Positions 12,052-22,931 are shown, counted from the stretch's first letter. The stretch is 64,000 nt of DNA from Escherichia coli (GCF_003334305.1 NZ_QOWS01000014.1), one strand, 5' to 3'. Program-made: numbers and translations. The notes: a model not told the origin generated them from the letters alone.

Positions 12052-14250
12052 ATGTCAGAATTAAAAATTGCCGTTAGTCGTTCTTGCCCTGATTGTTTTT
12101 CCACTCATCGTGCATGCGTGAATATAGACGAAAGTAATTATATTGACGTTGCCGCCATTATTTTATCAGTCAGTGATGTTGAACGTGGAAAACTCGATGA
12201 AATAGACGCTACTGGCTATGACATTCCTGTTTTTATTGCAACGGAAAATGAAGAACGTGTACCCGCAGAATATCTGCCACGTATTTCTGGTGTCTTCGAA
12301 CATTGCGAATCACGTAAAGAGTTTTATGGACGTCAGTTAGAAACCGCTGCCAGCCATTATGAAACGCAACTGCGCCCGCCCTTCTTCCGCGCACTGGTCG
12401 ATTATGTTAATCAGGGCAATAGTGCTTTTGACTGCCCTGGTCATCAGGGGGGTGAGTTTTTCCGTCGCCATCCGGCAGGCAATCAGTTCGTGGAATACTT
12501 TGGCGAAATGCTCTTCCGCTCTGACTTGTGTAATGCTGACGTAGCAATGGGCGATCTGCTGATTCATGAAGGTGCGCCATGTATTGCACAACAGCATGCG
12601 GCTAAAGTCTTTAATGCCGATAAAACCTATTTCGTTTTAAACGGTACTTCATCTTCTAATAAAGTGGTCTTAAACGCATTGCTGACGCCGGGCGATCTGG
12701 TGTTGTTTGACCGCAATAACCATAAATCTAACCACCACGGTGCGTTGCTACAGGCTGGCGCGACACCGGTTTATCTGGAAACCGCACGTAACCCGTATGG
12801 TTTTATCGGTGGTATTGACGCTCACTGTTTTGAAGAAAGTTACCTGCGTGAGCTGATTACAGAAGTTGCACCGCAGCGGGCAAAAGAGGCTCGTCCTTTC
12901 CGCCTCGCCGTTATTCAGCTAGGCACTTACGACGGTACGATTTATAACGCCCGTCAGGTGGTGGATAAAATTGGTCATCTGTGTGACTACATTCTGTTTG
13001 ACTCCGCATGGGTTGGCTATGAGCAATTTATCCCGATGATGGCTGACTGTTCGCCGCTGTTGCTGGATCTTAATGAGAACGATCCGGGTATTCTGGTTAC
13101 GCAATCCGTACATAAACAGCAGGCTGGTTTTTCTCAAACTTCACAAATCCATAAAAAAGACAGCCACATCAAAGGGCAACAGCGTTATGTACCGCACAAA
13201 CGCATGAACAACGCCTTTATGATGCACGCCTCCACCAGCCCGTTCTATCCGCTGTTTGCCGCACTGGATATCAACGCCAAAATGCATGAAGGTGTCAGCG
13301 GTCGTAATATGTGGATGGATTGTGTGGTAAATGGCATTAATGCCCGCAAACTGATCCTCGATAACTGTCAGCATATTCGTCCGTTCGTACCTGAACTGGT
13401 GGATGGTAAACCCTGGCAGTCGTATGAAACAGCGCAAATTGCGGTTGATCTGCGCTTCTTCCAGTTTGTACCAGGGGAACACTGGCATTCTTTTGAAGGC
13501 TATGCAGAGAATCAATACTTTGTCGATCCTTGCAAACTGTTGCTGACAACCCCAGGTATTGATGCACGTAACGGCGAATATGAAGCGTTCGGTGTACCCG
13601 CGACGATTCTTGCTAACTTCCTGCGCGAAAATGGCGTAGTGCCGGAAAAATGCGATCTTAACTCCATCCTCTTCCTGCTGACTCCGGCAGAAGATATGGC
13701 CAAGCTTCAGCAACTTGTTGCCCTGCTGGTACGCTTCGAAAAACTGCTTGAGTCCGACGCGCCATTAGCAGAAGTGCTGCCTTCCATCTACAAACAGCAT
13801 GAAGAGCGCTACGCCGGTTATACCCTGCGTCAGTTGTGTCAAGAAATGCATGATTTGTATGCCCGTCACAACGTGAAACAACTGCAAAAAGAGATGTTCC
13901 GTAAGGAACACTTCCCACGCGTAAGCATGAATCCGCAAGAAGCCAACTACGCCTATTTACGCGGTGAAGTGGAGCTGGTTCGTCTGCCGGATGCAGAAGG
14001 CCGTATCGCTGCCGAAGGTGCGCTTCCTTATCCTCCGGGTGTGCTGTGCGTTGTTCCGGGTGAAATCTGGGGTGGTGCTGTTCTGCGTTACTTCAGCGCT
14101 CTGGAAGAAGGGATCAACCTGTTGCCAGGTTTTGCACCGGAGCTTCAGGGTGTCTATATCGAAGAACATGATGGTCGTAAGCAAGTTTGGTGCTATGTCA
14201 TCAAGCCTCGTGATGCGCAAAGTACCCTGTTGAAAGGGGAAAAATTATGA
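12052..14250 (+). CDS. speF: Inducible ornithine decarboxylase SpeF, 732 aa
   Basis: Protein (MSELKIAVSRSCPDCFST...) is a fold-III PLP decarboxylase with the ornithine decarboxylase body; start chosen at the second ATG (12052) to match the K-12 length, with an in-frame ATG at 12043 as alternative. Confidence 0.93.
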   Translation: MSELKIAVSRSCPDCFSTHRACVNIDESNYIDVAAIILSVSDVERGKLDEIDATGYDIPVFIATENEERVPAEYLPRISGVFEHCESRKEFYGRQLETAASHYETQLRPPFFRALVDYVNQGNSAFDCPGHQGGEFFRRHPAGNQFVEYFGEMLFRSDLCNADVAMGDLLIHEGAPCIAQQHAAKVFNADKTYFVLNGTSSSNKVVLNALLTPGDLVLFDRNNHKSNHHGALLQAGATPVYLETARNPYGFIGGIDAHCFEESYLRELITEVAPQRAKEARPFRLAVIQLGTYDGTIYNARQVVDKIGHLCDYILFDSAWVGYEQFIPMMADCSPLLLDLNENDPGILVTQSVHKQQAGFSQTSQIHKKDSHIKGQQRYVPHKRMNNAFMMHASTSPFYPLFAALDINAKMHEGVSGRNMWMDCVVNGINARKLILDNCQHIRPFVPELVDGKPWQSYETAQIAVDLRFFQFVPGEHWHSFEGYAENQYFVDPCKLLLTTPGIDARNGEYEAFGVPATILANFLRENGVVPEKCDLNSILFLLTPAEDMAKLQQLVALLVRFEKLLESDAPLAEVLPSIYKQHEERYAGYTLRQLCQEMHDLYARHNVKQLQKEMFRKEHFPRVSMNPQEANYAYLRGEVELVRLPDAEGRIAAEGALPYPPGVLCVVPGEIWGGAVLRYFSALEEGINLLPGFAPELQGVYIEEHDGRKQVWCYVIKPRDAQSTLLKGEKL

Positions 14251-15566
14251 GTCAGGCTAAATCGAACAAAATGGGCGTCGTTCAGTTAACCATACTGACG
14301 ATGGTCAACATGATGGGCTCCGGTATCATCATGCTGCCGACAAAGCTTGCCGAAGTTGGGACAATTTCAATTATCTCCTGGCTGGTGACAGCCGTAGGCT
14401 CAATGGCACTGGCATGGGCATTCGCAAAATGCGGTATGTTCAGCCGTAAATCAGGTGGTATGGGCGGTTATGCCGAGTATGCTTTCGGTAAGTCCGGCAA
14501 TTTTATGGCGAACTACACCTACGGTGTCTCGCTGCTGATTGCTAACGTCGCGATTGCTATTTCGGCGGTTGGTTACGGCACCGAACTGCTCGGCGCGAGT
14601 TTGTCGCCAGTGCAGATTGGTCTTGCGACCATCGGAGTGCTGTGGATTTGTACCGTGGCTAACTTTGGTGGTGCGCGCATTACCGGGCAAATCAGTAGCA
14701 TTACTGTGTGGGGGGTCATTATTCCGGTGGTAGGCCTGTGCATTATCGGCTGGTTCTGGTTTAGCCCGACGCTTTACGTTGATTCCTGGAATCCGCATCA
14801 TGCACCGTTCTTCAGTGCAGTAGGTTCTTCCATCGCTATGACGCTGTGGGCTTTTCTCGGTCTGGAGTCTGCGTGTGCGAATACTGATGTAGTGGAAAAC
14901 CCGGAACGTAATGTGCCAATCGCGGTACTCGGCGGTACGTTAGGTGCGGCGGTGATTTATATCGTCTCCACCAACGTGATTGCAGGGATTGTGCCTAATA
15001 TGGAGCTGGCAAATTCAACGGCACCATTTGGCCTGGCCTTCGCACAGATGTTCACACCAGAAGTGGGTAAAGTCATTATGGCGCTGATGGTGATGTCCTG
15101 CTGCGGTTCGCTGCTTGGCTGGCAGTTCACCATTGCCCAGGTGTTTAAATCTTCATCTGATGAAGGCTACTTCCCTAAAATTTTCTCCCGTGTAACCAAA
15201 GTGGATGCACCGGTGCAGGGAATGTTGACCATTGTGATTATCCAGAGCGGGTTGGCGCTGATGACGATTAGCCCGTCGCTAAACAGTCAGTTCAACGTGC
15301 TGGTTAACCTGGCCGTGGTGACCAATATCATTCCGTATATTCTGTCAATGGCGGCATTAGTCATTATTCAGAAGGTCGCTAATGTGCCCCCCTCAAAAGC
15401 GAAAGTTGCAAACTTTGTTGCTTTTGTTGGCGCGATGTATAGCTTTTATGCGCTGTACTCATCCGGGGAAGAAGCCATGCTGTACGGTTCCATCGTGACC
15501 TTCCTTGGTTGGACACTGTATGGTCTGGTATCACCACGCTTTGAACTGAAAAATAAACACGGTTAA
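14247..15566 (+). CDS. potE: Putrescine-ornithine antiporter PotE, 439 aa
   Basis: ORF-track protein MSQAKSNKMGVVQLTILTMVNMMGSGIIMLPTKLAEVG... (APC-family transporter); 4-bp overlap with speF. Confidence 0.96.
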   Translation: MSQAKSNKMGVVQLTILTMVNMMGSGIIMLPTKLAEVGTISIISWLVTAVGSMALAWAFAKCGMFSRKSGGMGGYAEYAFGKSGNFMANYTYGVSLLIANVAIAISAVGYGTELLGASLSPVQIGLATIGVLWICTVANFGGARITGQISSITVWGVIIPVVGLCIIGWFWFSPTLYVDSWNPHHAPFFSAVGSSIAMTLWAFLGLESACANTDVVENPERNVPIAVLGGTLGAAVIYIVSTNVIAGIVPNMELANSTAPFGLAFAQMFTPEVGKVIMALMVMSCCGSLLGWQFTIAQVFKSSSDEGYFPKIFSRVTKVDAPVQGMLTIVIIQSGLALMTISPSLNSQFNVLVNLAVVTNIIPYILSMAALVIIQKVANVPPSKAKVANFVAFVGAMYSFYALYSSGEEAMLYGSIVTFLGWTLYGLVSPRFELKNKHG

Positions 15567-15577
15567 AAAAGCAAAGT

Positions 15578-15610
15578 AAAAAAGGGCGATCTTGCGACCG
15601 CCCTTTTTTT
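15578..15610. terminator. Bidirectional intrinsic terminator between convergent potE and pgm
   Basis: AAAAAAGGGCGATCTTGCGACCGCCCTTTTTTT: GC-rich stem with an A-tract on one side and a T-tract on the other, in the 55-bp gap between the two stop codons. Confidence 0.75.
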
Positions 15611-15621
15611 ATTAAATGTGT

Positions 15622-17262
15622 TTACGCGTTTTTCAGAACTTCGCTAACAATCTCAACCGCTTCTTTCTCAATCTGCTTGCGATGTTCTTCACCGAGGAAG
15701 CTTTCGCAGTAGATCTTATATGCGTCTTCCGTGCCTGACGGACGCGCGGCGAACCAGCCGTTGTCGGTCATCACTTTCAGACCGCCGATAGAAGCACCAT
15801 TGCCCGGTGCCGCCGTCAGGCGCGCGGTGATCGGGTCGCCTGCAAGGGTGCTGGCGCTCACCATTTCCGGAGACAGCTTAGACAGCGCCGCTTTTTGTGC
15901 GGAAGTCGCGGCTGCCTGCAAACGGTTGTAGCTCGGCGCACCAAAGCGTTTTGCCAGTTCGTTGTAGTGTTCCTGCGGGTTCTTACCGGTGACAGCGGTG
16001 ATTTCCGCCGCCAGCAGACACATAATGATGCCGTCTTTGTCGGTGGACCACGGCGTGCCGTCGAAACGCAGGAAGGAAGCCCCTGCGCTCTCTTCGCCGC
16101 CAAAGCCGAAGCTGCCGTCGAACAGACCATCAACAAACCATTTGAAACCTACCGGGACTTCTACCAGCTTACGGCCCAAGTCATTGACCACACGGTCGAT
16201 CATCGCAGAAGAAACCAGCGTTTTACCGACAGCAACATCTTTGCCCCACTGCGGACGATGCTGGAACAGGTAGTTGATCGCCACCGCCAGGTAGTGGTTC
16301 GGATTCATCAAACCTGCCGGAGTGACGATACCGTGACGGTCATAATCCGGGTCGTTAGCAAACGCCAGATCGAACTTATCACGCAGTGCCAGCAGGCCCG
16401 CCATCGCACACTCGGAGGAGCAGTCCATACGGATCGCGCCGTCTTTATCAAGGTGCATAAAGCGGAAGGTTTGATCGACCTGATCGTTAACGATGGTCAG
16501 GTTGAGGTTGTAATACTCGCCAATACGCTTCCAGTATTCGATACCGGAACCGCCCAGCGGATCAACGCCCAGCGTCAGGCCCGCTTTCTGAATTGCCGCC
16601 ATATCAACGATATCGGCCAGACCTTCCACAAACGGCTGCACCAGATCCTGCTCTTTTACATGACCGGATGCCATCGCTTCGTCGAGGGAGATACGCTTCA
16701 CGCCTTTCAGGCCATCGGCCATCAGTGCGTTGGCCCTGTCTTCCACCACTTTGGTGACGTTGGTATCAGCCGGGCCACCATTTGGCGGGTTGTACTTGAT
16801 ACCACCATCTTCCGGCGGGTTATGGGACGGTGTAATCACGATACCGTCTGCCAGCGGGCCACCTTTTTTATTGTGAACCAGGATGGCATTGGAAATGGCA
16901 GGTGTCGGAGTGAAGCCATTGTTTTCCTGCACAATGACATCAACGCCGTTCGCTGCCAGCACTTCCAGTACGGAAATGAACGCAGGCTCGGACAGGGCGT
17001 GAGTATCTTTACCCACATAGCAAGGGCCAGTGATGCCGTTTTTCGCACGTTCTTCAGCAATTGCCTGAGCGATCGCCAGAATGTGCGGCTCGTTAAAGCT
17101 GTGGCGCGCTGCACTGCCACGGTGACCGGAAGTACCGAATTTCACCGCGTGCTCCGCATTCCCTGCTTCTGGTTTCAGTACATAATATTGCGCCGTCAGT
17201 TGGGCGACGTTAATCAAATCACTCTGTTGTGCAGGTTGGCCTGCACGATTGTGGATTGCCAT
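15622..17262 (-). CDS. pgm: Phosphoglucomutase, 546 aa
   Basis: Internal start of ORF 15622..17313 gives [51 protein letters not shown] (phosphoserine motif TSGHRG). Confidence 0.96.
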   Translation of the reverse strand: MAIHNRAGQPAQQSDLINVAQLTAQYYVLKPEAGNAEHAVKFGTSGHRGSAARHSFNEPHILAIAQAIAEERAKNGITGPCYVGKDTHALSEPAFISVLEVLAANGVDVIVQENNGFTPTPAISNAILVHNKKGGPLADGIVITPSHNPPEDGGIKYNPPNGGPADTNVTKVVEDRANALMADGLKGVKRISLDEAMASGHVKEQDLVQPFVEGLADIVDMAAIQKAGLTLGVDPLGGSGIEYWKRIGEYYNLNLTIVNDQVDQTFRFMHLDKDGAIRMDCSSECAMAGLLALRDKFDLAFANDPDYDRHGIVTPAGLMNPNHYLAVAINYLFQHRPQWGKDVAVGKTLVSSAMIDRVVNDLGRKLVEVPVGFKWFVDGLFDGSFGFGGEESAGASFLRFDGTPWSTDKDGIIMCLLAAEITAVTGKNPQEHYNELAKRFGAPSYNRLQAAATSAQKAALSKLSPEMVSASTLAGDPITARLTAAPGNGASIGGLKVMTDNGWFAARPSGTEDAYKIYCESFLGEEHRKQIEKEAVEIVSEVLKNA

Positions 17263-17287
17263 TGCTTTGTCCTTTGTCTGCAACGTT

Positions 17288-17833
17288 TTAGATAGTTCCG
17301 CAAACCTTCTCAATCAATTCCGCCGGGAATTGCATCGACTGCATGATGTGTTCGATCATGCTGCATTTACGGCCGGTGTTGGTGTTGGTGATCACCCAAT
17401 ACGGCGTGCCTGGCACATGTTTCGGCTTGGTCTGATTACCATTTTTCAGCAGCGTTTGTTCATCTGCCGCAAAGTAAACGCGTGTACGACCGTGCAACGA
17501 TTCCGTTGCTTCGGCAAACGCCTGGGCGTCAAGAGAATATAGTGTAGACAACAGCAGCATAAAGCGATTGACCGCTCGCTTTTGCTCTGCGTATTCATCC
17601 GAAAGCAGAAGTTCACGCATTGCGCGAACCTTGTCTTTAATCGTTTTGACCGGCTTCGCTTCGACGATAGCAGGTGACGCAACGCGAACCTCTTTCGTCA
17701 CCGGAGCAGCAGGCTGTGATGCGGCGGAAAATTTCAACATACGCCGTAAAATGTCGGATGCGCTCTCGCCGATATGCTTAGTGTGGCTGGCAATATAGCT
17801 GTAGAGTTCATCATCAACTTCAATCGTTTTCAT
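17288..17833 (-). CDS. seqA: Replication-initiation negative regulator SeqA, 181 aa
   Basis: Internal start of ORF 17288..17968 gives [35 protein letters not shown]...; 25 bp upstream of pgm on the same strand (seqA-pgm operon). Confidence 0.95.
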
Positions 17834-18017
17834 CTTAATCCAGTGCAGTGTCTTAGCTGAATACAAGTCGCCAGGAGTATATGAATAAATCCCGGCAGCG
17901 GATAGCGTCAAGCCTGGCTTGCAGAAAAACTCGGAATAAACCTTATTTGTTGCAGCCCTGTGGCACAATGGTCAACATAATACCCTAACCCGACAACGCG
18001 AAAAAAAGAACTTTGCC

Positions 18018-18782
18018 ATGAAATTGAATATCCGCGCGCAAACTGCACAAAACCAGCACAATAATTCTCCCATCGTTCTTGTCCATGGTCTGTTTGGTAG
18101 CCTCGACAACCTTGGCGTACTGGCTCGCGATCTGGTAAATGATCACAATATCATCCAGGTTGATATGCGTAACCACGGTCTTTCACCGAGAGATCCGGTG
18201 ATGAATTACCCGACGATGGCGCAGGATCTTGTTGATACTCTGGATGCACTGCAGATCGACAAAGCAACATTTATCGGTCACTCCATGGGCGGTAAAGCGG
18301 TAATGGCACTTACTGCACTGGCCCCCGATCGCATCGATAAACTGGTGGCGATTGACATCGCGCCGGTCGACTATCACGTACGCCGTCATGATGAGATTTT
18401 CGCAGCTATCAACGCGGTCAGTGAATCGGACGCACAAACTCGCCAGCAAGCAGCAGCAATAATGCGCCAGCATCTTAATGAAGAAGGGGTGATTCAGTTT
18501 CTGTTGAAATCTTTTGTTGACGGGGAGTGGCGCTTTAACGTGCCGGTATTGTGGGATCAGTATCCGCATATTGTGGGTTGGGAGAAAATCCCGGCATGGG
18601 ATCACCCTGCCCTGTTTATCCCTGGCGGCAATTCTCCGTATGTTAGCGAGCAGTACCGTGATGATTTACTGGCACAATTTCCACAGGCACGGGCGCATGT
18701 GATTGCAGGCGCGGGTCACTGGGTCCATGCTGAAAAACCGGATGCGGTATTACGCGCTATCCGTCGCTATCTCAATGATTAA
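18018..18782 (+). CDS. ybfF: Alpha/beta-hydrolase esterase YbfF, 254 aa
   Basis: ORF-track protein with the GHSMGG nucleophile-elbow motif; divergent from seqA. Confidence 0.93.
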   Translation: MKLNIRAQTAQNQHNNSPIVLVHGLFGSLDNLGVLARDLVNDHNIIQVDMRNHGLSPRDPVMNYPTMAQDLVDTLDALQIDKATFIGHSMGGKAVMALTALAPDRIDKLVAIDIAPVDYHVRRHDEIFAAINAVSESDAQTRQQAAAIMRQHLNEEGVIQFLLKSFVDGEWRFNVPVLWDQYPHIVGWEKIPAWDHPALFIPGGNSPYVSEQYRDDLLAQFPQARAHVIAGAGHWVHAEKPDAVLRAIRRYLND

Positions 18783-18921
18783 CGCAACTGATTAAAAACC
18801 CAGCGTCCGCGTCGCTTTCCGCGCGTGGGCGTTGGCGTGACTCATCGCGCTGATGTATTATGGCGCGCTATCCATCCGGGCAGAGGCCTGGCTGATTGTT
18901 TCCCCCGAAGTCACCAAGATC

Positions 18922-19215
18922 ATGGCCAAAGAACAAACGGACCGTACGACATTAGATCTGTTCGCGCACGAGCGTCGACCGGGACGACCGAAAACTAATC
19001 CGCTTTCGCGCGATGAACAGCTGCGTATTAATAAACGCAACCAGCTAAAACGCGACAAAGTACGTGGCCTTAAGCGTGTCGAACTGAAGCTGAACGCGGA
19101 AGCTGTCGAGGCGCTGAACGAGCTGGCGGAGTCGCGCAATATGAGCCGTAGCGAACTGATCGAAGAGATGTTAATGCAGCAACTGGCGGCGCTGCGTAGT
19201 CAGGGCATCGTTTAA
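18922..19215 (+). CDS. ybfE: YbfE (LexA-regulon protein in K-12), 97 aa
   Basis: Internal ATG of ORF 18853..19215 gives [46 protein letters not shown]...; start chosen by length recall. Confidence 0.8.
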   Translation: MAKEQTDRTTLDLFAHERRPGRPKTNPLSRDEQLRINKRNQLKRDKVRGLKRVELKLNAEAVEALNELAESRNMSRSELIEEMLMQQLAALRSQGIV

Positions 19216-19354
19216 ATTTCCACTTTCATGTAGCACAGTGTGCAGTCCTGCTCGTTTGCTGATTCCGCAAGACTGCCTGTTCTGCTATGATTGCCTTTAT
19301 CCGTGGGCAATTTTCCACCCCCATTTCAATAAGTTTCAAGAGGTTATTTCACTC

Positions 19355-19885
19355 ATGGCTATCACTGGCATCTTTTTCGGCAGCGACACCGGTAATACCG
19401 AAAATATCGCAAAAATGATTCAAAAACAGCTTGGTAAAGACGTTGCCGATGTCCATGACATTGCAAAAAGCAGCAAAGAAGATCTGGAAGCTTATGACAT
19501 TCTGCTGCTGGGCATCCCAACCTGGTATTACGGCGAAGCGCAGTGTGACTGGGATGACTTCTTCCCGACTCTCGAAGAGATTGATTTCAACGGCAAACTG
19601 GTTGCGCTGTTTGGTTGTGGTGACCAGGAAGATTACGCCGAATATTTCTGCGACGCATTGGGCACCATCCGCGACATCATTGAACCGCGCGGTGCAACCA
19701 TCGTTGGTCACTGGCCAACTGCGGGCTATCATTTCGAAGCATCAAAAGGTCTGGCAGATGACGACCACTTTGTCGGTCTGGCTATCGACGAAGACCGTCA
19801 GCCGGAACTGACCGCTGAACGTGTAGAAAAATGGGTTAAACAGATTTCTGAAGAGTTGCATCTCGACGAAATTCTTAATGCCTGA
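19355..19885 (+). CDS. fldA: Flavodoxin 1, 176 aa
   Basis: Internal ATG of ORF 19238..19885 gives [71 protein letters not shown] (FMN-binding T-G-N-T loop). Confidence 0.96.
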
Positions 19886-20090
19886 TGTGATGCGGCGTAG
19901 ACTCATGTCTACGCCGTATTAATAGATAATGCCAATCAAAATAATTGCTACAAATTTGTAACTTTTGCTGTTGTACCTGTACAATGTCCCGGTGTTCAAG
20001 TGGCCTTGCCGTTGTAAATGTAAGCTGTGCCACGTTTTTATTAACAATATTTGCCAGGGACTTGTGGTTTTCATTTAGGCGTGGCAATTC

Positions 20091-20109
20091 TATAATGATA
20101 CGCATTATC
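20091..20109. promoter_or_regulatory. Fur-box-like 19-mer in the fur/uof promoter region
   Basis: TATAATGATACGCATTATC matches the Fur consensus GATAATGATAATCATTATC at 15 of 19 positions; overlaps the uof start codon. Confidence 0.6.
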
Positions 20110-20181
20110 TCAAGAGCAAATTCTGTCACTTCTTCTAATGAAGTGAACCGCTTAGTAACAGGACAGATTCCGCATGACTGA
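20095..20181 (+). CDS. uof: Uof leader peptide, 28 aa, translationally coupled to fur
   Basis: Last 28 codons of ORF 19945..20181: MIRIISRANSVTSSNEVNRLVTGQIPHD; its stop overlaps the fur coding start (fur ATG 20174). Confidence 0.7.
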   Translation: MIRIISRANSVTSSNEVNRLVTGQIPHD

Positions 20182-20620
20182 TAACAATACCGCCCTAAAG
20201 AAAGCTGGCCTGAAAGTAACGCTTCCACGTTTAAAAATCCTGGAAGTTCTTCAGGAGCCGGACAACCATCACGTCAGTGCGGAAGATTTATACAAACGTC
20301 TGATCGATATGGGTGAAGAAATTGGTCTGGCTACGGTATATCGCGTACTGAACCAGTTTGACGACGCTGGTATCGTCACCCGCCACAATTTTGAAGGCGG
20401 TAAATCCGTATTTGAACTGACACAGCAACATCACCACGATCACCTGATTTGCCTCGACTGCGGCAAGGTTATCGAATTTAGTGATGATTCCATCGAAGCG
20501 CGTCAGCGTGAAATTGCCGCAAAACATGGCATTCGCCTGACTAACCACAGTCTCTATCTTTACGGTCACTGTGCCGAAGGCGATTGCCGCGAAGATGAGC
20601 ACGCGCACGAAGGCAAATAA
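20174..20620 (+). CDS. fur: Ferric uptake regulator Fur, 148 aa
   Basis: ORF-track protein MTDNNTALKKAGLKVTLPRLKILEVLQEPDNHHVSAEDLYKRLIDMGEEIGLATVYRVLNQFDDAGIV... with the HHHDH and C-terminal Cys metal sites. Confidence 0.97.
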   Translation: MTDNNTALKKAGLKVTLPRLKILEVLQEPDNHHVSAEDLYKRLIDMGEEIGLATVYRVLNQFDDAGIVTRHNFEGGKSVFELTQQHHHDHLICLDCGKVIEFSDDSIEARQREIAAKHGIRLTNHSLYLYGHCAEGDCREDEHAHEGK

Positions 20621-20635
20621 GCCAGCCTGAACGAG

Positions 20636-20663
20636 AAAAGCCAACCTGCGGGTTGGCTTTTTT
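20636..20663. terminator. Bidirectional terminator between convergent fur and chiQ
   Basis: AAAAGCCAACCTGCGGGTTGGCTTTTTT: 8-bp stem (GCCAACC-side) with flanking A and T runs. Confidence 0.7.
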
Positions 20664-20703
20664 ATGCAAGGGAAATAAGAAAAGCGAGAGTTACAGCTCT
20701 CAC

Positions 20704-21030
20704 TTATTTGTTATTACTGCGAATTTCCTGCCAAACTTTATCACAATCGGCTTTCACCGCCTGGTCATTACCGGTTTGCGTTGCGCGCAGACACTGCTGA
20801 TAATCCAGTACGCGTACACTTTCCTGGTCGGCAAACTGCTGATGTTGTTTTTCTTTCTTCAGCACGTTTAACACGCTCTGGCAGGCTTCAATTTTTTCTG
20901 GCGAACCTTGTGCGGTGTTGATACAGGCGCTGTATGCCTCTTTCAGACGACTGTCTTCCTGTGGCGCGGTTGATTGCGCACAAGCTACCAGCCCCGATGC
21001 CATCATGGCGATGAGAATCAGTTTTTTCAT
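20704..21030 (-). CDS. chiQ: Lipoprotein ChiQ (YbfN), 108 aa
   Basis: ORF-track protein MKKLILIAMMASGLVACAQSTAPQEDSRLKEAY... (lipobox LVAC); immediately downstream of chiP on the same strand. Confidence 0.9.
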   Translation of the reverse strand: MKKLILIAMMASGLVACAQSTAPQEDSRLKEAYSACINTAQGSPEKIEACQSVLNVLKKEKQHQQFADQESVRVLDYQQCLRATQTGNDQAVKADCDKVWQEIRSNNK

Positions 21031-21079
21031 AGCAAATTCCTCAAACGTGCGGCAGGCACAAAACCTGCCGCGTCGGGCA

Positions 21080-22486
21080 TCAGAAGATGGTGAATGGTGC
21101 GATTACCATAAATTTCACGTCACGCTCATCCTGGAAGATGTTACCGTAACCGCCGCCCCAGCTTGGGATGTCAGAGTGGTTGTCGTATTCGGTGAAGTGC
21201 AGTTTGAACATCGTGCCTTTGGCGCGGCCGTCCTGAATGGTGTAGACCGCATCCAGGCTGTAGGCAGACTCTTCAATAGTCCGGTTTTTGTCGTAGTACG
21301 CATCCGGATTGCTCTGCCAGGTCGCAGGTTTAGCATCCCATGCGTAAACGTAGGAAGCGCCGATGGCGAAGCCTGGAAGATTCCAGTTTTTCAGGTCATA
21401 CATCGCACCGAAGAAGACCGCTTTTTCTCCGTTAGCGTTGAAGTCGGAACGGTTATCCCACCAGATATCCAGGCGACCGTTCGAGGAAGCGTAGGTTGGA
21501 GTCATACGTTGCAGGAAGTATCCCTGCTGACCGTCAGCCTTAACCCAGGTGCCTTCAAGGCGCAAATCCACTACGTCAGCCGCCCGGTAACCAAAGGTCA
21601 ATGCTTGCAGCCAAGCGGTGCCGTCATAAAGATCGTTGACGCTGCGATCGTCAACTTTATCGCGGGTACCGTAGAACTGGTAGCTGGTGGTTAACGGGCT
21701 ACCGGCGATATCAAATTTGTAGCTGGCTTTGGCAAAATATTGATCGATATACCCTTCCGCCTGACCAAATGCCGCTTCCAGTACGAAGTTATTTTTGAAG
21801 TCGTATTTCGCCCCAAGGGAGTGCAGATAATCAACTTTGGTGGTTTTATCGTTCTGATAAAACTCATCCATTTCCAGATGCCACGGCGCTTTGTATTCGT
21901 TGGTCCACATGTAGGAGAAACTCAAGGCACCAGCATCGCCGTAATCAAAATTCGCCCCGGCTTCCGCCCCCTGATAAGTACCTGGCATAAAGCTCCAGTG
22001 CGGCGCTAACAGCGTTTGACCAGTTGGCTGAATGTAACCTGCCCTCGCCCAAACCGGACCGTATTTAAATTTGGCCGCAGCTTTATACAGGCTTATACCG
22101 CTTTTGTCGCCGGACCAGTCTTCGTCATAGGCTTTATTACTTTTTGAAAACGCGATTTCGTTCGGGTGGGAGCTGTCGCCGTTTTCCGCCATTTCAATCG
22201 CCGTAAACGCAGCAATATCAAGGCCGAACATATCAGCAGCATAACCGGACTGAAAATCGAGGTTGGCATTCCAGGTGGAGTGAGAAAGGTTGGTTTTGTA
22301 TTTGTCGCCGTCGGTAACATCTTTACGGTCGCGTTCACGCTGCCAGTAATATATACCGCCGGTTAAGGTTGAATCGTCGATGAATCCTTCGGCGCGAGCC
22401 TCCGGCATTGCCATAAAGCCCGACATTGCTGTAACACCGGCGATAGCCAGCGCCAGCGTACTACGTTTGCCACTAAACGTACGCAT
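21080..22486 (-). CDS. chiP: Chitooligosaccharide outer-membrane porin ChiP (YbfM), 468 aa
   Basis: ORF-track protein with signal peptide [35 protein letters not shown] and C-terminal aromatic residue (…PFTIF), OprD-like porin. Confidence 0.93.
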   Translation of the reverse strand: MRTFSGKRSTLALAIAGVTAMSGFMAMPEARAEGFIDDSTLTGGIYYWQRERDRKDVTDGDKYKTNLSHSTWNANLDFQSGYAADMFGLDIAAFTAIEMAENGDSSHPNEIAFSKSNKAYDEDWSGDKSGISLYKAAAKFKYGPVWARAGYIQPTGQTLLAPHWSFMPGTYQGAEAGANFDYGDAGALSFSYMWTNEYKAPWHLEMDEFYQNDKTTKVDYLHSLGAKYDFKNNFVLEAAFGQAEGYIDQYFAKASYKFDIAGSPLTTSYQFYGTRDKVDDRSVNDLYDGTAWLQALTFGYRAADVVDLRLEGTWVKADGQQGYFLQRMTPTYASSNGRLDIWWDNRSDFNANGEKAVFFGAMYDLKNWNLPGFAIGASYVYAWDAKPATWQSNPDAYYDKNRTIEESAYSLDAVYTIQDGRAKGTMFKLHFTEYDNHSDIPSWGGGYGNIFQDERDVKFMVIAPFTIF

Positions 22487-22844
22487 GGGTTAATCCTCTT
22501 TGACGTATAAATTGCTGCACCAAAGGTGAACAGCGAAAAAATAAAAATTAAAAAAGTAGCGTTGAGAAAAGTCTCGCTGACTACAGGAACAGACTATTTT
22601 TCGCGACGCGAATTATCAATCTCTTTCTGTAACCAGAATGTAAGAACATGAGCAACCGCACATATTTTGATGATTTTTGTTACAAGGCTTAAGTTTGCGG
22701 TTGAAAGGCTTGCAGAAGAATAAAAGCGTGAATTTCCAGCAAGATGGAAGCGGTTACATTTTATTTAATTATGGTTTGTGATTTTAAATTTATTTTATGG
22801 ATAAATTGCGAAGCGGAATTAATTCGCGAAGAAAAGCAGAAAAA

Positions 22845-22863
22845 ACGCCGCAGAGTGCGGCGT
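22845..22863 (-). terminator. Candidate intrinsic terminator downstream of glnS
   Basis: Minus-strand hairpin ACGCCGCACTCTGCGGCGT followed by TTTTTTCTGCTTTTC, about 70 bp past the glnS stop. Confidence 0.55.
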
Positions 22864-22931
22864 TTGGGATTGTTTGCTATTTCTTGCCGGATGCGACGTA
22901 AATGCCTCACCCGGCCTGGTAGAACTTAAAA

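Noticed and set aside
15895-17295. 466-aa plus-strand ORF
   Set aside because: Fully antisense to pgm, which is unambiguous by protein identity; shadow ORF.
18783-18921. LexA (SOS) box upstream of ybfE
   Set aside because: ybfE is described as LexA-regulated in K-12, but I could not find a convincing CTGT-N8-ACAG motif in this spacer by eye; left uncalled rather than guessed.
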